A program made the position numbers and the translations under genes. Below, piece after piece: positions 1-13,077 of a DNA stretch of 64,000 nt; positions within the stretch are counted from its first letter, which is position 1; the number at the start of each line of letters is the position of its first letter. The stretch is from Rhizophagus irregularis (Eukaryota). The notes beneath the pieces are model-generated. The model did not search any database. It saw only the letters and a list, made by a program, of their open reading frames with translations, and had not been told where the DNA came from. The stretch is taken from NCBI RefSeq assembly GCF_026210795.1, contig NC_089430.1:3534001-3598000 (forward strand), written 5' to 3'.

Positions 1-2983
1 GTTATTATTCGCAAAGGTCGCAAACATTTCTCCTCTTGTAACTGAACCAGTATTGAAACAATTGTTTGAATTCTTGGGTGAAGTTACAACAATCAAATTG
101 TACAACAGGTATTAATCATATCTAATTAACTGCAATATATTTCTGTTTATTATTAAAAAAAAAGAAAGAAATTTTTTTAACTTTAGTTAAAACTTGTTTA
201 GTCCTCACGGTGACGGTGTACAAGAATGCACTATAGAATTCAAAGAAGCATCAGCAGCAGTAACGGCCCTTCACCTAACTGGTGTGGAATTAGGTGATCG
301 CACATTGATGGTTTCATCAACTACAGCACCTGCCGGTATACATAATACTTCATATCAACCACCAGTTATACCTCCTTCATTACCCCCTATACCTCCATCA
401 ATATCTCCTCCTAGACCACCACAAACTTCGAAAACTCCACAATCTATTCCTCCTAAACCTATTATTCCTCCTCTAGCTCTTCCTCCTTTTTCATCTAATT
501 CTCTTGCAGCGATTAGGTCTAATCCGGCTATTTCACCAACTGTTGCTCAATTCGACCCTGCTAAAGCTGAAGAAATTTCTAGAACTGTATATATTGGTAA
601 TATTAACTCTTCGATTTCTGAACCTGAATTGACTCAGTTTTTCTCTGCTTGTGGTCCGGTTGCGTATGTAAAGATGGCGGGCGATCCTGCTCAACCAACT
701 CGGTTTGCATTTTTGGAATTTGCTACTTATGAAGGTGCACAAGCAGCCATGCAAATGAATGGGGTCATGCTTGGAGATCGTCCTTTAAAGTATGTTTATT
801 TTCAAGTCAATAAAATATTGTGTCTATTCTTTTAGGGTTAAATGTTTTTTATCTTAGGGTGAACCATTCAAAAAATGCAATCAACAAGACACCAAAAAAG
901 ACTGATGCTCCGGACGTGCAAGCAACTATGCGTCGTGTCAGGGAGGCTCAATTAAGAATTGCAAACCGATTAAATACTGATGGCACTACTCCCGACAATG
1001 AATCTCCTTCAGCATCTATTCAACAGGATGTAGAAATGCGAGATGCGACATCGCCCACTAAAGAAGTTATATCAGCTCGTAGCCGCTCTAGGTCTATCAG
1101 ACGTAGTAAAACTAGGTCAAGAACAAGAAGTAGAAGTAAAGCTAGAAGACGAAAAACAAGAAGTAGATCAAGGTCTAGAGGTACGTTTTCAATTATCCTA
1201 ATAATTTTTTAATTATTGTAGATAACAGCAACATTTATTAATGTAGATTTTTATTATCGACGACGAAGAAGTCGTTCTAGAGGTTTGACAAATTAATATT
1301 ATTTAAAACAATTATTTTTTTTTGGAATATTTTATTAATTCTTTTATTTAAGTAGGCGATCGATACAGAGAAAGAGATCGTGAAAGAGATAGAGAGAGAG
1401 AGCGCGATATTAGAGAAAGAGATAGAGAAAGGGAACGTGATAGGGAACGAGATCGAGATCGAGATAGGGATCGGGGTAGAGATCGTGATAGAGAACGCGA
1501 TTGGGATCGTGATCGTGATCGTGATCGAGACCGTGATCGGGATAGAATTAGAGATAGGGACAGGGATCGAGATAGGATTCTTGAAAGAGATCGTGATAGA
1601 GATCGTCGTGATAGAGACAGAGAAAGAGATAAAGAAAGAGACGCAAAAGAAAAAGATCGCGATAGGGAAAGAGAAAAGGAAAAAGAACGTGATAGGGAAA
1701 GAGAGAGTGAAAAGGATCGCGATAAGGAAAGAAAGGATCGTGATAAGGAAAGAAAAGATCGTGATAAGGAAATCAACAAGGAGAAAGACCGTGAAAAGGA
1801 GAACAGTAAAGATAAAGATGAAAATGAGAGAGAAAAGGACGGAGAGAGGGAAAAAGATAAAGAAAGAGATCGTGACAGAGATAAGGATCGAGATATAAAA
1901 GAAAAGGAACGGGATAAAGATAAAGATAGAGATAAAGAGCGGGATAGAGACAGGGATAAAGAAAGAGAAAAAGAAAGAGAGAGAGAGAGGGATAGAGAAA
2001 GAGATCGTGACAGAGATAGAGAACGAGATATAAAAGAAAAGGAACGCGATAAAGAAAAAGATAGGGAAAAAGATAAAGAGCGTGATAAAGATAGAGACAG
2101 GGACAAAGATAGAGATCGGGATAAGGAAAAAGATAAAGAGAGAGAGAGAGATCATCGGGAAAGAGATCGAGATAGAGAAAGAGATAAGGATAGAGAAAGA
2201 GATAGAGGTAGAGATAAAGAACGAGAAAGAGATAAGGATAGAGAAAGAGAAAGGGATAGGGATAAAGATAAAGAAAGAGATAAGGATAGAGAAAGAGATA
2301 AGGATAAAGATAAGGATAAGGATAAGGATAGGGATAGAGACAGAGACAGAGACAGAGACAGAGAAAAAGATAAAGATAGAGATAGAGATAGAGATAGAGA
2401 TAGAGATAGAGATAGAGATAGAGACAGAGAAAGAGATAGAGATAAAGAGAAGGAGAGAGAAAGAGATAAAGAGAGGGAGAGAGAACGAAATAAAGATAGG
2501 GATAGAGATAGAGAACGGGAAAGAGAGAGAGAAAGAGATAAAGAGAGGGAGAGAGAAAGAAATAAAGATAGAGAAAGAGAAAGAGATAAAGAGAGAGATA
2601 GGGATAGGGATAGGGATAAAGAGAGAGATAGAGATAAGGATAGAGATCGGGATAAAGAAAGGGAAAAAGAAAAAGATAAAGATAGGGATCGAGATAAAGA
2701 TAAAGATCGAGATAAAGAAAGAGATCGAGATAAAGAAAGAGATAAGGATAGAGATAGAGAGAGAGATAGGGATCGGGATAAAGAAAGAGAAAGGGATAAA
2801 GATAGAGATAGAGAGAGGGATAAGGAAAGAGAAAGAGACAGAGATCTTAGAGATCGGGATAAAGAAAAAGAAAGAGAAAGAGAGAAGGATAGAGAGAGAG
2901 ACAAAGAAAAGGAAAAAGAAAGAGACCGTGATAAGGAACGTCGGTCAAGAAGATCAAGATCACGCTCAATTTCTCGACGGTGA
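1..2983 (+). CDS. SREK1/SRSF11-like SR splicing regulator (two RRMs, RS domain, long RD/RE/KE dipeptide tail); 5' end lies outside the window
   Basis: Spliced exons ~1-108, 202-789, 858-1180, 1247-1282, 1356-2983 with GT-AG introns. RRM2 reads [13 protein letters not shown]...[16 protein letters not shown]...[10 protein letters not shown], typical of SRSF11/SREK1. RS repeats follow, then ~540 aa of R/D/E/K repeats; TGA at 2981-2983. Confidence 0.8.
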
Positions 2984-3755
2984 TAATCAAAAAGAAAAAT
3001 GAAATGAAATTTTTCAAACATTATTTGCATTTTTCATTTTTTATTATTATATTTAAAAATATGCATTGTATTAATAAATGCAAATAACGTTAGTATTGAA
3101 ATTATTCTATTTGTAATTAGTAATGGAATTTTTTGTATCAATCTGTAATAATTTAACACAATTTAACGATAATTAATAATAAATAACAGATCCAATTTTT
3201 GGTTCATCTGATTTTGTTATCTAATAATTTTAATAATTTTATTGATTGTACAATTAAATAACTACTAGCTAACTTTTTTTTCCAAAAATTTTCATCAAAA
3301 TACAAAACAAAAAATTGTTAATATTATTATTATAATATCATTTCGAAATGTTTGATAATGTAAAACAGGAATCGCAGGTATATATTGATGATAAACAACA
3401 GCAATAATAACAGGAATAACAGGCTCAACCACATAATTAAGGACAGTCAATTATTTTTTTTTTTGTTTATCTATTGCTCGATCTTTCGTCTTGTATAATT
3501 TAAAACCATCATATTTGAGATCTGGAGAAAAATTGCTTTAGAGTTAGTAAACCGTGCGAACCGAAATCACAAAAGATAGGGGTGGCATTAAAATCTAATA
3601 ATAAGATTTTAGATAGATACAAAAAATAAATTGCCCGAAAAAGGAATTTTCTATCAATCGAAACTTCCATAATTATCTGATATATACCAATTCAATATTA
3701 ATGAAAGAAATTACTAAACCAATCAATTGTAAATTTCAAGATTTCCAGTTAAAAG

Positions 3756-5592
3756 TTATTTTTTTTCCGAGATCCTCTTTTATGTTCAGGAAGTTTGAGA
3801 GGCGCAGTCAATACAGCACGTTTGGCACCATACTCTTTGGTAATTCCTAGTTCAGTCATTTCTTTCTTACTCAAGGTACGAATTGAACAACCAATACCTT
3901 TGAATAAAACATTGAGTCTAAATAAAAATTTAAGTTAATATATAAATTAATTTAAAATATACAATATCTATTATAAATAAATTACTTGGTTGTTGTAATG
4001 CCTAAATCTTCACTTATTGGCTCAGGATTCACATAATTATCATCAAGCTTCAAGCATAGAACCAACATATAACAGATTAATTTCTGATCGTTCTTCAAAG
4101 TAAACTTGAAACTAATTTCCAAATAAAAAATTATTTAAATTGAACTAAGACCCGATTAATATAATAAAAAATCTACTTACTTTTCATTTCCCCCAAATTT
4201 TGTAAAAGTACGATCAACGAAGCGCTCATATAATTTGTCTAAAATGATATTTGGAGGATTCCTCAATCCCTCAGCCATAAGTTTACGGTTTCGAACATTA
4301 CCAAAAGCATGTGACCGAAAAGCCATCATGTAATTTATATACATGAGCATTTTAATACGTCTATGGTTTACTTTTCTGACCGTTAATGAAGGAATGAGAC
4401 GTGATTTAACGTAATTTGAGTTCCTATTAAAAAAAAATGAAATTAGATTATTTATAATAAATCAACTGCATAGCATAATACGTACGAATATGGTAAAAGT
4501 GTTAATCTATCTTTTTCGGTCTTTGCTTTAAGTAAATCTTGAATATCAATTGCGTCATATTCTGCAGGAGTGACGATATCCTCCAATTTATAAATCTTAG
4601 ATGGATCCGTTGTAATTGCATCGTATGTAGGAATAATGCCGCTCTCCTCTTTCATAACTTCTTGTCCCTCTACCATTATACAAATATAAAGCATTCGAAT
4701 ATTATTGAGAAACAATGAACATCGAGTTATAAACACATTAATAATATACACTACCAATAGCTCTTGTCTTGACCTTTTCATCGACTTCAGTTGCAATCTT
4801 ATCAAGGTCTCGTACTTGCGACGCGTCAATTTCTCCTCTCTCTCGCGTGACAATCTTTAACCGAGCTTTCTTTGATCCAAACTCTTTATTAAGAGCCGTC
4901 TTTGCTGTATAATACTAATTAAAATTAGCACATTGATAATTAATTAATAATGTAAATCTTAGAATAAATATAAAAAATATGAAAAGTTATCGTAATTCAA
5001 TCCTACATCTTGGATCAGTTCTGACTCTTTAGGCTGCTCGGTCCTTAAGCGCTTCAGAACAGGGGTTATTTCTATTTCACTTGCATCTCGAAAGGTCACC
5101 GTATTTGAATGTTTATCATATATAGCGATAAGGTATCTTTGACACAAATATTTGTTATAAGATCAAAACTGTTTAAATTTTAATTATTTCACCTAAATAA
5201 ATCACTTACTCATTCATTTTAATTGGTTGAACAGTCGATTCAAGTGAAACAGCTTCGTTTTCTCCAACAATGTTTATATGGCCATTAGCTGCTCTTTCAT
5301 AAGCATGATATAAAAGCTCTTTTGGTGCCGGAGAAAGCCCAGTAAACTTTCCTATGAAAGGAAATAAAGTAAAAAAACAAAATGTAAATTAAAATCGTTA
5401 GGGTGCATTGAAATTTAAAAAACAATTACCTATAAAAGGAGTTTGTTCCGAAGACTTGTCATTTTCTAAAATGACTTTGAGCTTACGTTTTTCTCCTAAA
5501 AATTGGAATTAAATACTGACTTGTCATATAACTAAATAGCTTGTAAAAATACCTTTATTTGAAGTTCTTTCATTGATTTCGTCAGTTTCCAT
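3756..5592 (-). CDS. RPA49: RNA polymerase I subunit A49 (RPA49/PAF53)
   Basis: Multi-exon. Peptides include YLIAIYDKHSNTVTFRDA, FGSKKARLKI..RER, IPTYDAITTDPSKIYKLEDIV, LICYMLVLCLKLDDY and RAVLTAPLKLP. ATG at 5590-5592, stop at 3756-3758. Confidence 0.85.
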
Positions 5593-5715
5593 TCTGTAAG
5601 TTAACACTCACCCAATAAATTGCATTCGGATTAATTAAGGATCGACACAGTATTTCAGTCTGGCAATTCTATAAGGTGTCAGCACACTCTTTTATTAATA
5701 AAGCTCAAAAAAAAA

Positions 5716-5998
5716 ATGAATGAAACACAAAATCATGACATTAGCAAAAGTTTCAGAGAAAAAAATTCTTCAAAATTTTTAGATCCTTGTCAAAAAGAAA
5801 GCTTAAATTCAATGGAATGTTTGGATAGAAATAATTATGATAAAGGAAAGTGTAAAGATTTATTTATCCTGTATCGTGAATGTAAAAAAAAATGGGTAAG
5901 TTTTTATATACCTTATATATGTTTAATTTTTTTCCATATAAAATTTATTTTTTTCCTTACAGTTGGAAAAACGTCGAGAATTGCGAAGAAAAGGGTAA
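5716..5998 (+). CDS. COX23: Twin CX9C mitochondrial IMS protein, cytochrome c oxidase assembly factor COX23/CHCHD7
   Basis: SKFLDPCQKESLNSMECLDRNNYDKGKCKDLFILYRECKKKW|LEKRRELRRKG*. One intron at 5896-5962; the ORF-track version reads through it. Confidence 0.85.
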
Positions 5999-6280
5999 CA
6001 TAATTAATTCTTTAACGTTTGTAAAATCAACAAATGAAATCTTTAATTACAAAAATCATATTTAAAATTTACTATTACTCCTCTTTGTGTTATAAATAAT
6101 ATATTCAAAATTTATTATTTTGCTTTGAAATAAAGAAAATGATCATAATCTATAAGTATATTTCTTGAATGTTAGTTAACACGATCCAGCGCGAAATTAC
6201 CTTTGTACTTCAGACCAATGAGGTTCTATAGATAACTGGTTAAACGTATAATAATTTGGTTGAAAACTACCTGTAAGGTT

Positions 6281-7979
6281 TTAATCATCATATCGACGCC
6301 CTCTATCAATCCTGTCTCGTCGATATTCTTTGCTGTTTCTTCTACGTCCATAATCTTCATAATCTCGATCCTGGTAATCATCCCGTCGGTAATCTTTGTC
6401 CTTATGTTTTTCCCTACGATGATTACGAGGATATGGTTCATGTCTACTATATGAATCCCGTCGATGATCTCCTCGATGTGAATCCCGGGACGAATATGCT
6501 CGCATTTGCTGAATGAGGCTTACCAATGAGATTGACAAAGAAGACAAACACAAAACGAAAAAATATTAAATATTTTTGTAAGTTGCGCATCAAATCCTTA
6601 CCTTCCATTCATGAAGAGTTTCACGAATCTGCTTATAACCTGTATGTTGCTTCCCTTGTAAATGAGCATCCATACGGTTGGATGTATCATTTGTAACTAA
6701 AAAAGCTCCGCATACTTCACAAACTAACATTCTTCTTTCTTGTTTAAATAATGGGTTTGAGTCATCGCTCTGTGTTATTCAAATCAGAAAGGAGGGACCG
6801 GATTGGTTTTCATGGAATTGATTTAAAATGAAAAAGGTTAGTGAACAGGGAGAAGAAACGAAATGTGAAAATCTACCGATTATATGTCTCTCCTGGATAT
6901 AACTTTCACTGTGTAATCAAATCGGGTAAAAAGCTTCAGATAAAAGAAAGTAAAAATATTGTTTGCGAATTGTTCCAATGATGGCGAAAAAAAATGCTAT
7001 GGAAAAGTTAGCTTTTGGGGACGCTCTCATGAGAACGTATATATTATCCATTTAGATTTCATAAACCACATGCTATACGTTAGAGTTACCTCGGGGTATC
7101 AAGTCTGTTTGCCAAGTCCCATGTACGATTTCTCTTTCCTCGCTTGTCCTGTAAAATATGTTGATATCAACTCACTATACTTACGTTCTTTAAGAAATCC
7201 AAGTCTTTTTGAAGTGTTTCTACTTCTTTGGTTAAAATCTGAGCTTCTTGTACACGTCCTTCTTCCCCTGCCTCCTCAATCTTAATAATAATAATTAATT
7301 AATTAGAATATATTGCTCGATATCATCAATAGTTATAATAATAAATTACCTTCACTAATAATTCTTTAATCTTTTCGTCCAGAATTATCATTTTCTCTTC
7401 CTTTTCATCTTTATTTGGATTCAAGAGCTAATTTCATACAATATGATAATTTAAAAGAAAATGCAAAAATAATTGAAATGTGATTGAAAAGTGAAATTTA
7501 TTTACGTACTGTGTCGTCTGGACGAACGTTTAATCGATCATTTCCTTTCCTAATTTTTTTGTCCAAATCATTGCACAATGATTGCAAATAATCGTAAAAT
7601 TTAATTTCATAACCATATTTTGTACGATCTGGTGCTTCTTGATATCTAAAGAAAAACGAATGAAAACTATGAAAAACGATAAAAATGTATTTTTCAAATA
7701 TGAACACATACTGTTTCCTTAACTTTTCATCGTGAACTTTGGTACAAGGTCCTATATAATAAGCATATAGAAGTTGGAATGACAAATCCCAATATTCAAA
7801 TAAAACAGATATAATACCTTATGACACCTACCAAGGTCAGACTTTGTATTGGTGAATAGAGAATTGGGACAAAATTTAACTAAAAAGTGTTTACAAACAG
7901 AATCATCCCAGAAGTTGTGTTTATTAGATCTCTCAAAGGGAGCCATCAGCTCCTCAAGTAATTGGCGTTGGTAATCCAT
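6281..7979 (-). CDS. LUC7: U1 snRNP-associated LUC7 (two zinc fingers, RS/RD tail)
   Basis: MDYQRQLLEELM...VCKHFLVKFCPNSLFTNTKSDLGPCTKVHD (ZnF1) and MLVCEVCGAFL...DAHLQGKQHTGY (ZnF2), then an R/D-rich C-terminus; stop at 6281-6283. Confidence 0.92.
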
Positions 7980-8160
7980 TAACGATAGCGTTTCTTTGAA
8001 TGCGAGAAGATTAATTTATGCTATGTTTGAACAGTTTGAACTTGTTACGTCACTCAAATATGTAATGTTGAGTAACAGTATTATGTAATTAAAAAGTTCA
8101 GCTTGAATTAGAACGATTCATCTTAAAACAAATTTATAACAATTTGATAGATCACTAAGA

Positions 8161-10332
8161 ATGGCGTTTCAAAGTATGATTACCGGAGCTGAATGCTCCA
8201 CAGGTTCTAACTCAATGTCTCAAATAATGAAGCAATTCACTGACGACCGTTCGTTGCAAAAGGTGGTTTATTTTTTTCCTAAAAAATCAAATTGCAATTT
8301 GAATCTAACTTGTATTTTTGGGTAAAAATTAAGGATACATTAATATCGAGCTCAGAAAGAATTGATCCTAGCTCAGTAAGTTGTAGGCAATTTTTTTTCA
8401 TTTTATTTTTTTTTCTTTTTTCGCTTCGTAATTCGATTTGCGTACTGCTAAATAGTTTCGCACAGCTAGACCCGGTACTAGTTCTCAAGAAAATAAGGTT
8501 GGTTAAATCCTTTTATTAATTTTATTTAAACTTATAATTAATTTGCTGTTTGAAATTTTCTTTTTAGCTTGCTGAAGACTTTTTTAATCAGCAAGAACAT
8601 GCACGTTTACAAGGTCCTATAGCACCATATCAAGGTATTTTATAAAAAAAAACACCATATTTCTCAATTCATTTCTTTTACCTAATTCTTGAAAATTCTT
8701 AGAGTGGACAGCGGAATTTAAAAATATATCGGATCATTCACAGTTATGGAAACTTGGATCTGCCGAAGAAGCAGAGATGGAAGAAGCATTTACAAGAATG
8801 AATGTTCATTGTACAGTTATGATTATTTTTATTAAAGAATGCTATTCAGAATTGTTTAAATAGTAATTAATTCATCATCATAACTTTATTAGCTAAATGG
8901 AATAGTGAATTTTTACATGGACCAGACTTTCCAGTCAGTCAAATCACTGAGATGCCACCGGAATTTGAGGAGGCATTTCAAAAGAATTTTGATTGGGCTA
9001 ACGAATATGTATTAAAACATGATAAAGGGAAAAACAAGGAAAAAATAGTAGAACTAGATTATCATTCTTGGGAAGAACAATTCGCCGCCGTGCAACATGA
9101 AGTGGAAAATGAAAATTTTAAGTTAGATAATGATCTTCAATTATTCGAAGATGTTTGGTCAAAGTCAAATTTTCGAGAACAATCAGATGACGATGAACAT
9201 TTAGACCCAAAAGTCTGGGAAAGTGAATTTGGCGATTATATATTTGAACCTAATAATCCTTATTTAAAACACGCAAATCCTTTTCAAGAAGGAATGAGAT
9301 TAATGGAAGAAGGTGGTTCATTATCCGAAGCTGCTTTGGCATTTGAAGCTGCAGTTCAAAAAGACGAAAAGATATCAGACGCATGGATGTGGTTGGGTAA
9401 CACACAAGCTCAAAATGAAAAAGAGGAAGCAGCTATTAGAGCATTGCAAAAAGCTGTAGAGGTTAATGGTAATAATCTCACTGCCCTAATGGTAAGTTAA
9501 AATTCGTAATTAGATTTCGTTTCGAGTTAATGTAATACTTTCTATTTGTTTAGAGTCTAGCAGTAAGTTACACAAATGAAGGTTGTGATCATCAAGCTTA
9601 TCTTACGCTTGAGCGATGGTTAATTGCTAAATATCCTAATATTGCAATATCTAATGCACCAATGCACGGAGTGAATACACATTCACGTGTAACAGATCTT
9701 TTCTTGCAAGCAGCTCGTAGCGCTCCAGAAGGTCAAGGAATGGATCCTGATGTACAAGTTGGATTGGGGGTATTATTTTATGGTAGTGGTGAATACGAAA
9801 AGGCTGTTGATTGCTTTGTTACAGCTTTAAATACAAGAAAAGATGTAAGAAAATTTAAATTTTTGTGGATTTTATCAATTATTAAGTTAAAAATCTTATT
9901 TCAAATTCAAATGAAACAGGATTATCTTTTATGGAATCGTTTAGGGGCTACATTGGCGAATTCGGGACGTCCCGAAGATGCAATTGAAGCTTATCATAAG
10001 GCTTTAGATCTTAAACCAACGTTTGTACGAGCAAGATATAATTTAGGAGTAAGCTGTTTAAACATAGGATGTTATCGTGAAGCAGCGGAACATTTACTTG
10101 GCGCATTGAGTATGCATCAAACTGGTTTAAACGGTGACAGTGGTGTTAATACTAGTAATAGCCTTCGCGAAACACTCAATAGGACATTTTTAATGATGGT
10201 ATGAATTTAATAATTGTTATATTTTATATATATAATTTATTAACTAAAAATTTTTAGGAACGAAAAGATTTGGCTGATAAAATTCGTTCTGGATCAGACG
10301 TAAATCAATTCCGCGAAGAGTTCGAATTTTAA
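8161..10332 (+). CDS. PEX5: Peroxisomal PTS1 receptor PEX5
   Basis: N-terminal conserved Cys (GAECSTGSN), several WxxxF/Y motifs, Y.FEPNNPY, and TPRs (AALAFEAAVQ, LLWNRLGATLANSG, PTFVRARYNLGVSC). Multi-exon; TAA at 10330-10332. Confidence 0.95.
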
Positions 10333-13077
10333 GATTAACTGCTGAAAATGTTACTTTTGGAATTTAAAAAAGTTCCGAGTTCTGATAGTATTACATTGAT
10401 GCACCAAAAAATTAATAATCTGTTGATAATTCGCATATTATAACAATGGAAAGTAAATTAATGAGATCATAGATCATGGAATCTGCCATAATATAAATAC
10501 TATAAATTGTATAAAATCTGCTGTTATCTATCATCTGGGTATTTAACATAATTCTAATGAAACTTAAAATTTACAAATAAATTATCAATTAGCAAGAAAA
10601 AAGTTTGTTCTGATTAATAAGATTATTAAGATAAATATAAATTTGGCCAATATACTTTTAAAAATAGAATTTCTTTTAAAAATGAATGACAGATTAGTAT
10701 ATTAATAAAAAAATAGAGAAAATAGAAAATAAATATAGAGTATTGCAAAAAAAATTTATATTTAAAGAATTGTCAGAAATCACATTAAAGTATCATTAAA
10801 ATATATTAATAATTTTAATAATATATAATAATATTCAAATAATAGCTATCTTTTTGTTAATAAGCCATTTTTTTGAAAAAAAAAAGCCATTTATATTTTA
10901 AATTAACAAAAAAAAAAAATTTTTAAATAGTTTTTAGAAAAAGTTTTTTTTTAAGATTTTTAAAAAAGTAAGTACAAATAATGGCCATTATTATCTAACT
11001 ACTTTGTTTAACCAAAATTATGCAGATCATCATATGTTGATATAATATAAGAAATATACTGTAAAGAATTTTATATATGATTTTTACTTTAAGTTTAAGG
11101 GTAATTTATCTTATAAGTAAGTAGAATCCTGTTATTTTATAATATTACTAGAAGTATTATTAAATATTAAATAGTTTTTATAAATAGAAAATAAGGTTAT
11201 TTATTAAAATTAAGAAATTCAGTAAATTAATGAAATAACAAAAGGGTAAAACTTAATGAAACTATATTAAAGTCTTATTAAAAAACTAATGAAATCAAAA
11301 TTTAAATATTTAGCCAAATTCCAAATAAATTTAGGCAGAAAATCTAATAGTAAAGTTTAGATTAACCTAAGGTATTTGTGAATTAATGGACATGTAAGAT
11401 GAGACTAAAGTTTAATTCTTACTATTTGAATGCTAGTTAGTGATTTTAGTGATAAATAACCATTGTAAAGAATAATTTTACATTACTTTTAGACTTACTG
11501 TTCTGGTAATTATTATTATATTATTAGAGATTTAATTGTACTATTAATACTAGATAATTGCAAACTGTAGTGAACTTAATGTTAAATTAGATTAGATTTA
11601 ATTCAGTACTATAATGTGTACCTGATATAAAAAAGTCTTCTGATAACCATTTGAAGATCAGTCTATATTAAGGAATTTACATTCACTGGTTTTACTAATA
11701 CAAATATAATTAAAATTTCTAAAAATAAATAAATAAATAAAGAAAATAAAAAGTTTTTAATAAAAGAAAATAAGGAATATTAATTATAAAACTTTTGCAA
11801 AAATATAGTAATAAATTAGCTAATAAAAAATTGACTAATTAAATAAAATTTAAGAATTTCAAATTAAAAATAAATTTACTTTATAAATAAATAAAATTAT
11901 TTGTATTTAAATTATAAGTTAAAATATATTTTTTTACATAAATTATAATAAAAAAAAAATTTTAAATTAGCTAATTAAAATTTAATTAATCTTTTAATAT
12001 TAAATAACATTTTGAGAAATAACTATAAATTTTATAACATTTCCTTTATTTGATTCCAGTTTGACTAGAGTTCCAAATGGGTCAGATCAAATCAGATTAA
12101 TTGATAAATCTGACCTGAAATTTTTTTTTAGATTAGGTCAGGTCAGGTTATATCAGATTATCTGTTTGACCTGACCTAAACTGAAACCTGAAAATTTTCG
12201 GATTTTTATTAAAATATCAAAAAAAAATAGTGCAAAACATTTTTTTTTTGAAATAATGCAATTCACTTTTTTATATTAAAATCGTATTAAAAGGTAAATC
12301 GCAATACCGCAACTAACTTTTTTTATATAAAACCAATATAAAAAAAAAATGAATTCTAATACTGCAATTTACTTTTTATATATAAAATCAATATAAAAAA
12401 GTGAATACTGATACTGCAATTTACTTTTTATATATAAAATCAATATAAAAATAAATTCTGTTACTGCAATTCACTTTTTATATATAGAATTAATATAAAA
12501 AAGTGAATCCCAATATTACAACTCACTTTTATTAATATAAAAAATGAATTATAATACCATAACTCACTTATATTATATAAAATTATAGTTTCAGCCTTTC
12601 AGGTCAACAGGTCATTTAGGTTATATTTATGTTACAACCTGAACTGATGCTGAAATGCAATTGCTAAACCTGACCTAATAAATTCAGGTCAACCTGTTAG
12701 GTTTAGGGATGCCAATGGTCAGTTCAGTTTGATTTCAGGTTTAAACCTGTGATTTTCAGCTAAAATCGAACTGACTGCAAAACTGAATGATAAAACCAAA
12801 TTGCAAAACTGATCGCAAAATTACTGCAAAATTGAATGAACTAATGTTAGAAAGTGTTAATTATAATTTTATTTGATAATATTTCTTAAAATTATAATTT
12901 TTTTTACGATAATAATATCAATTTTGCAATTTTTTTCAGTGAAATAAAAAATTACGTGATCGACGTGTAAAAAATTTTCTTATTATTTCAAAAATAAGAA
13001 TACTATATAGAGATCCTGGGCAAAACCGAAATATTTAGTCATTTGACTAAACCGAAATAGTTTAGACATTTAAAATT

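Noticed and set aside
1277..3030. Long ORFs in alternative frames and strands (SLSLS..., ISISF..., IEIEI...)
   Set aside because: They are shadows of the low-complexity RD/RE exon of the SR protein, which lacks stops in other frames.
6959..7285. 108-aa plus-strand ORF
   Set aside because: It is antisense to a LUC7 exon and intron and has no recognisable features.
12250..12590. Regularly spaced semi-palindromic repeats resembling a CRISPR array (also 59050-59640 and 45300-45510)
   Set aside because: The context is eukaryotic, there are no unique spacers or cas genes, and the units are degenerate tandem repeats inside MITEs.
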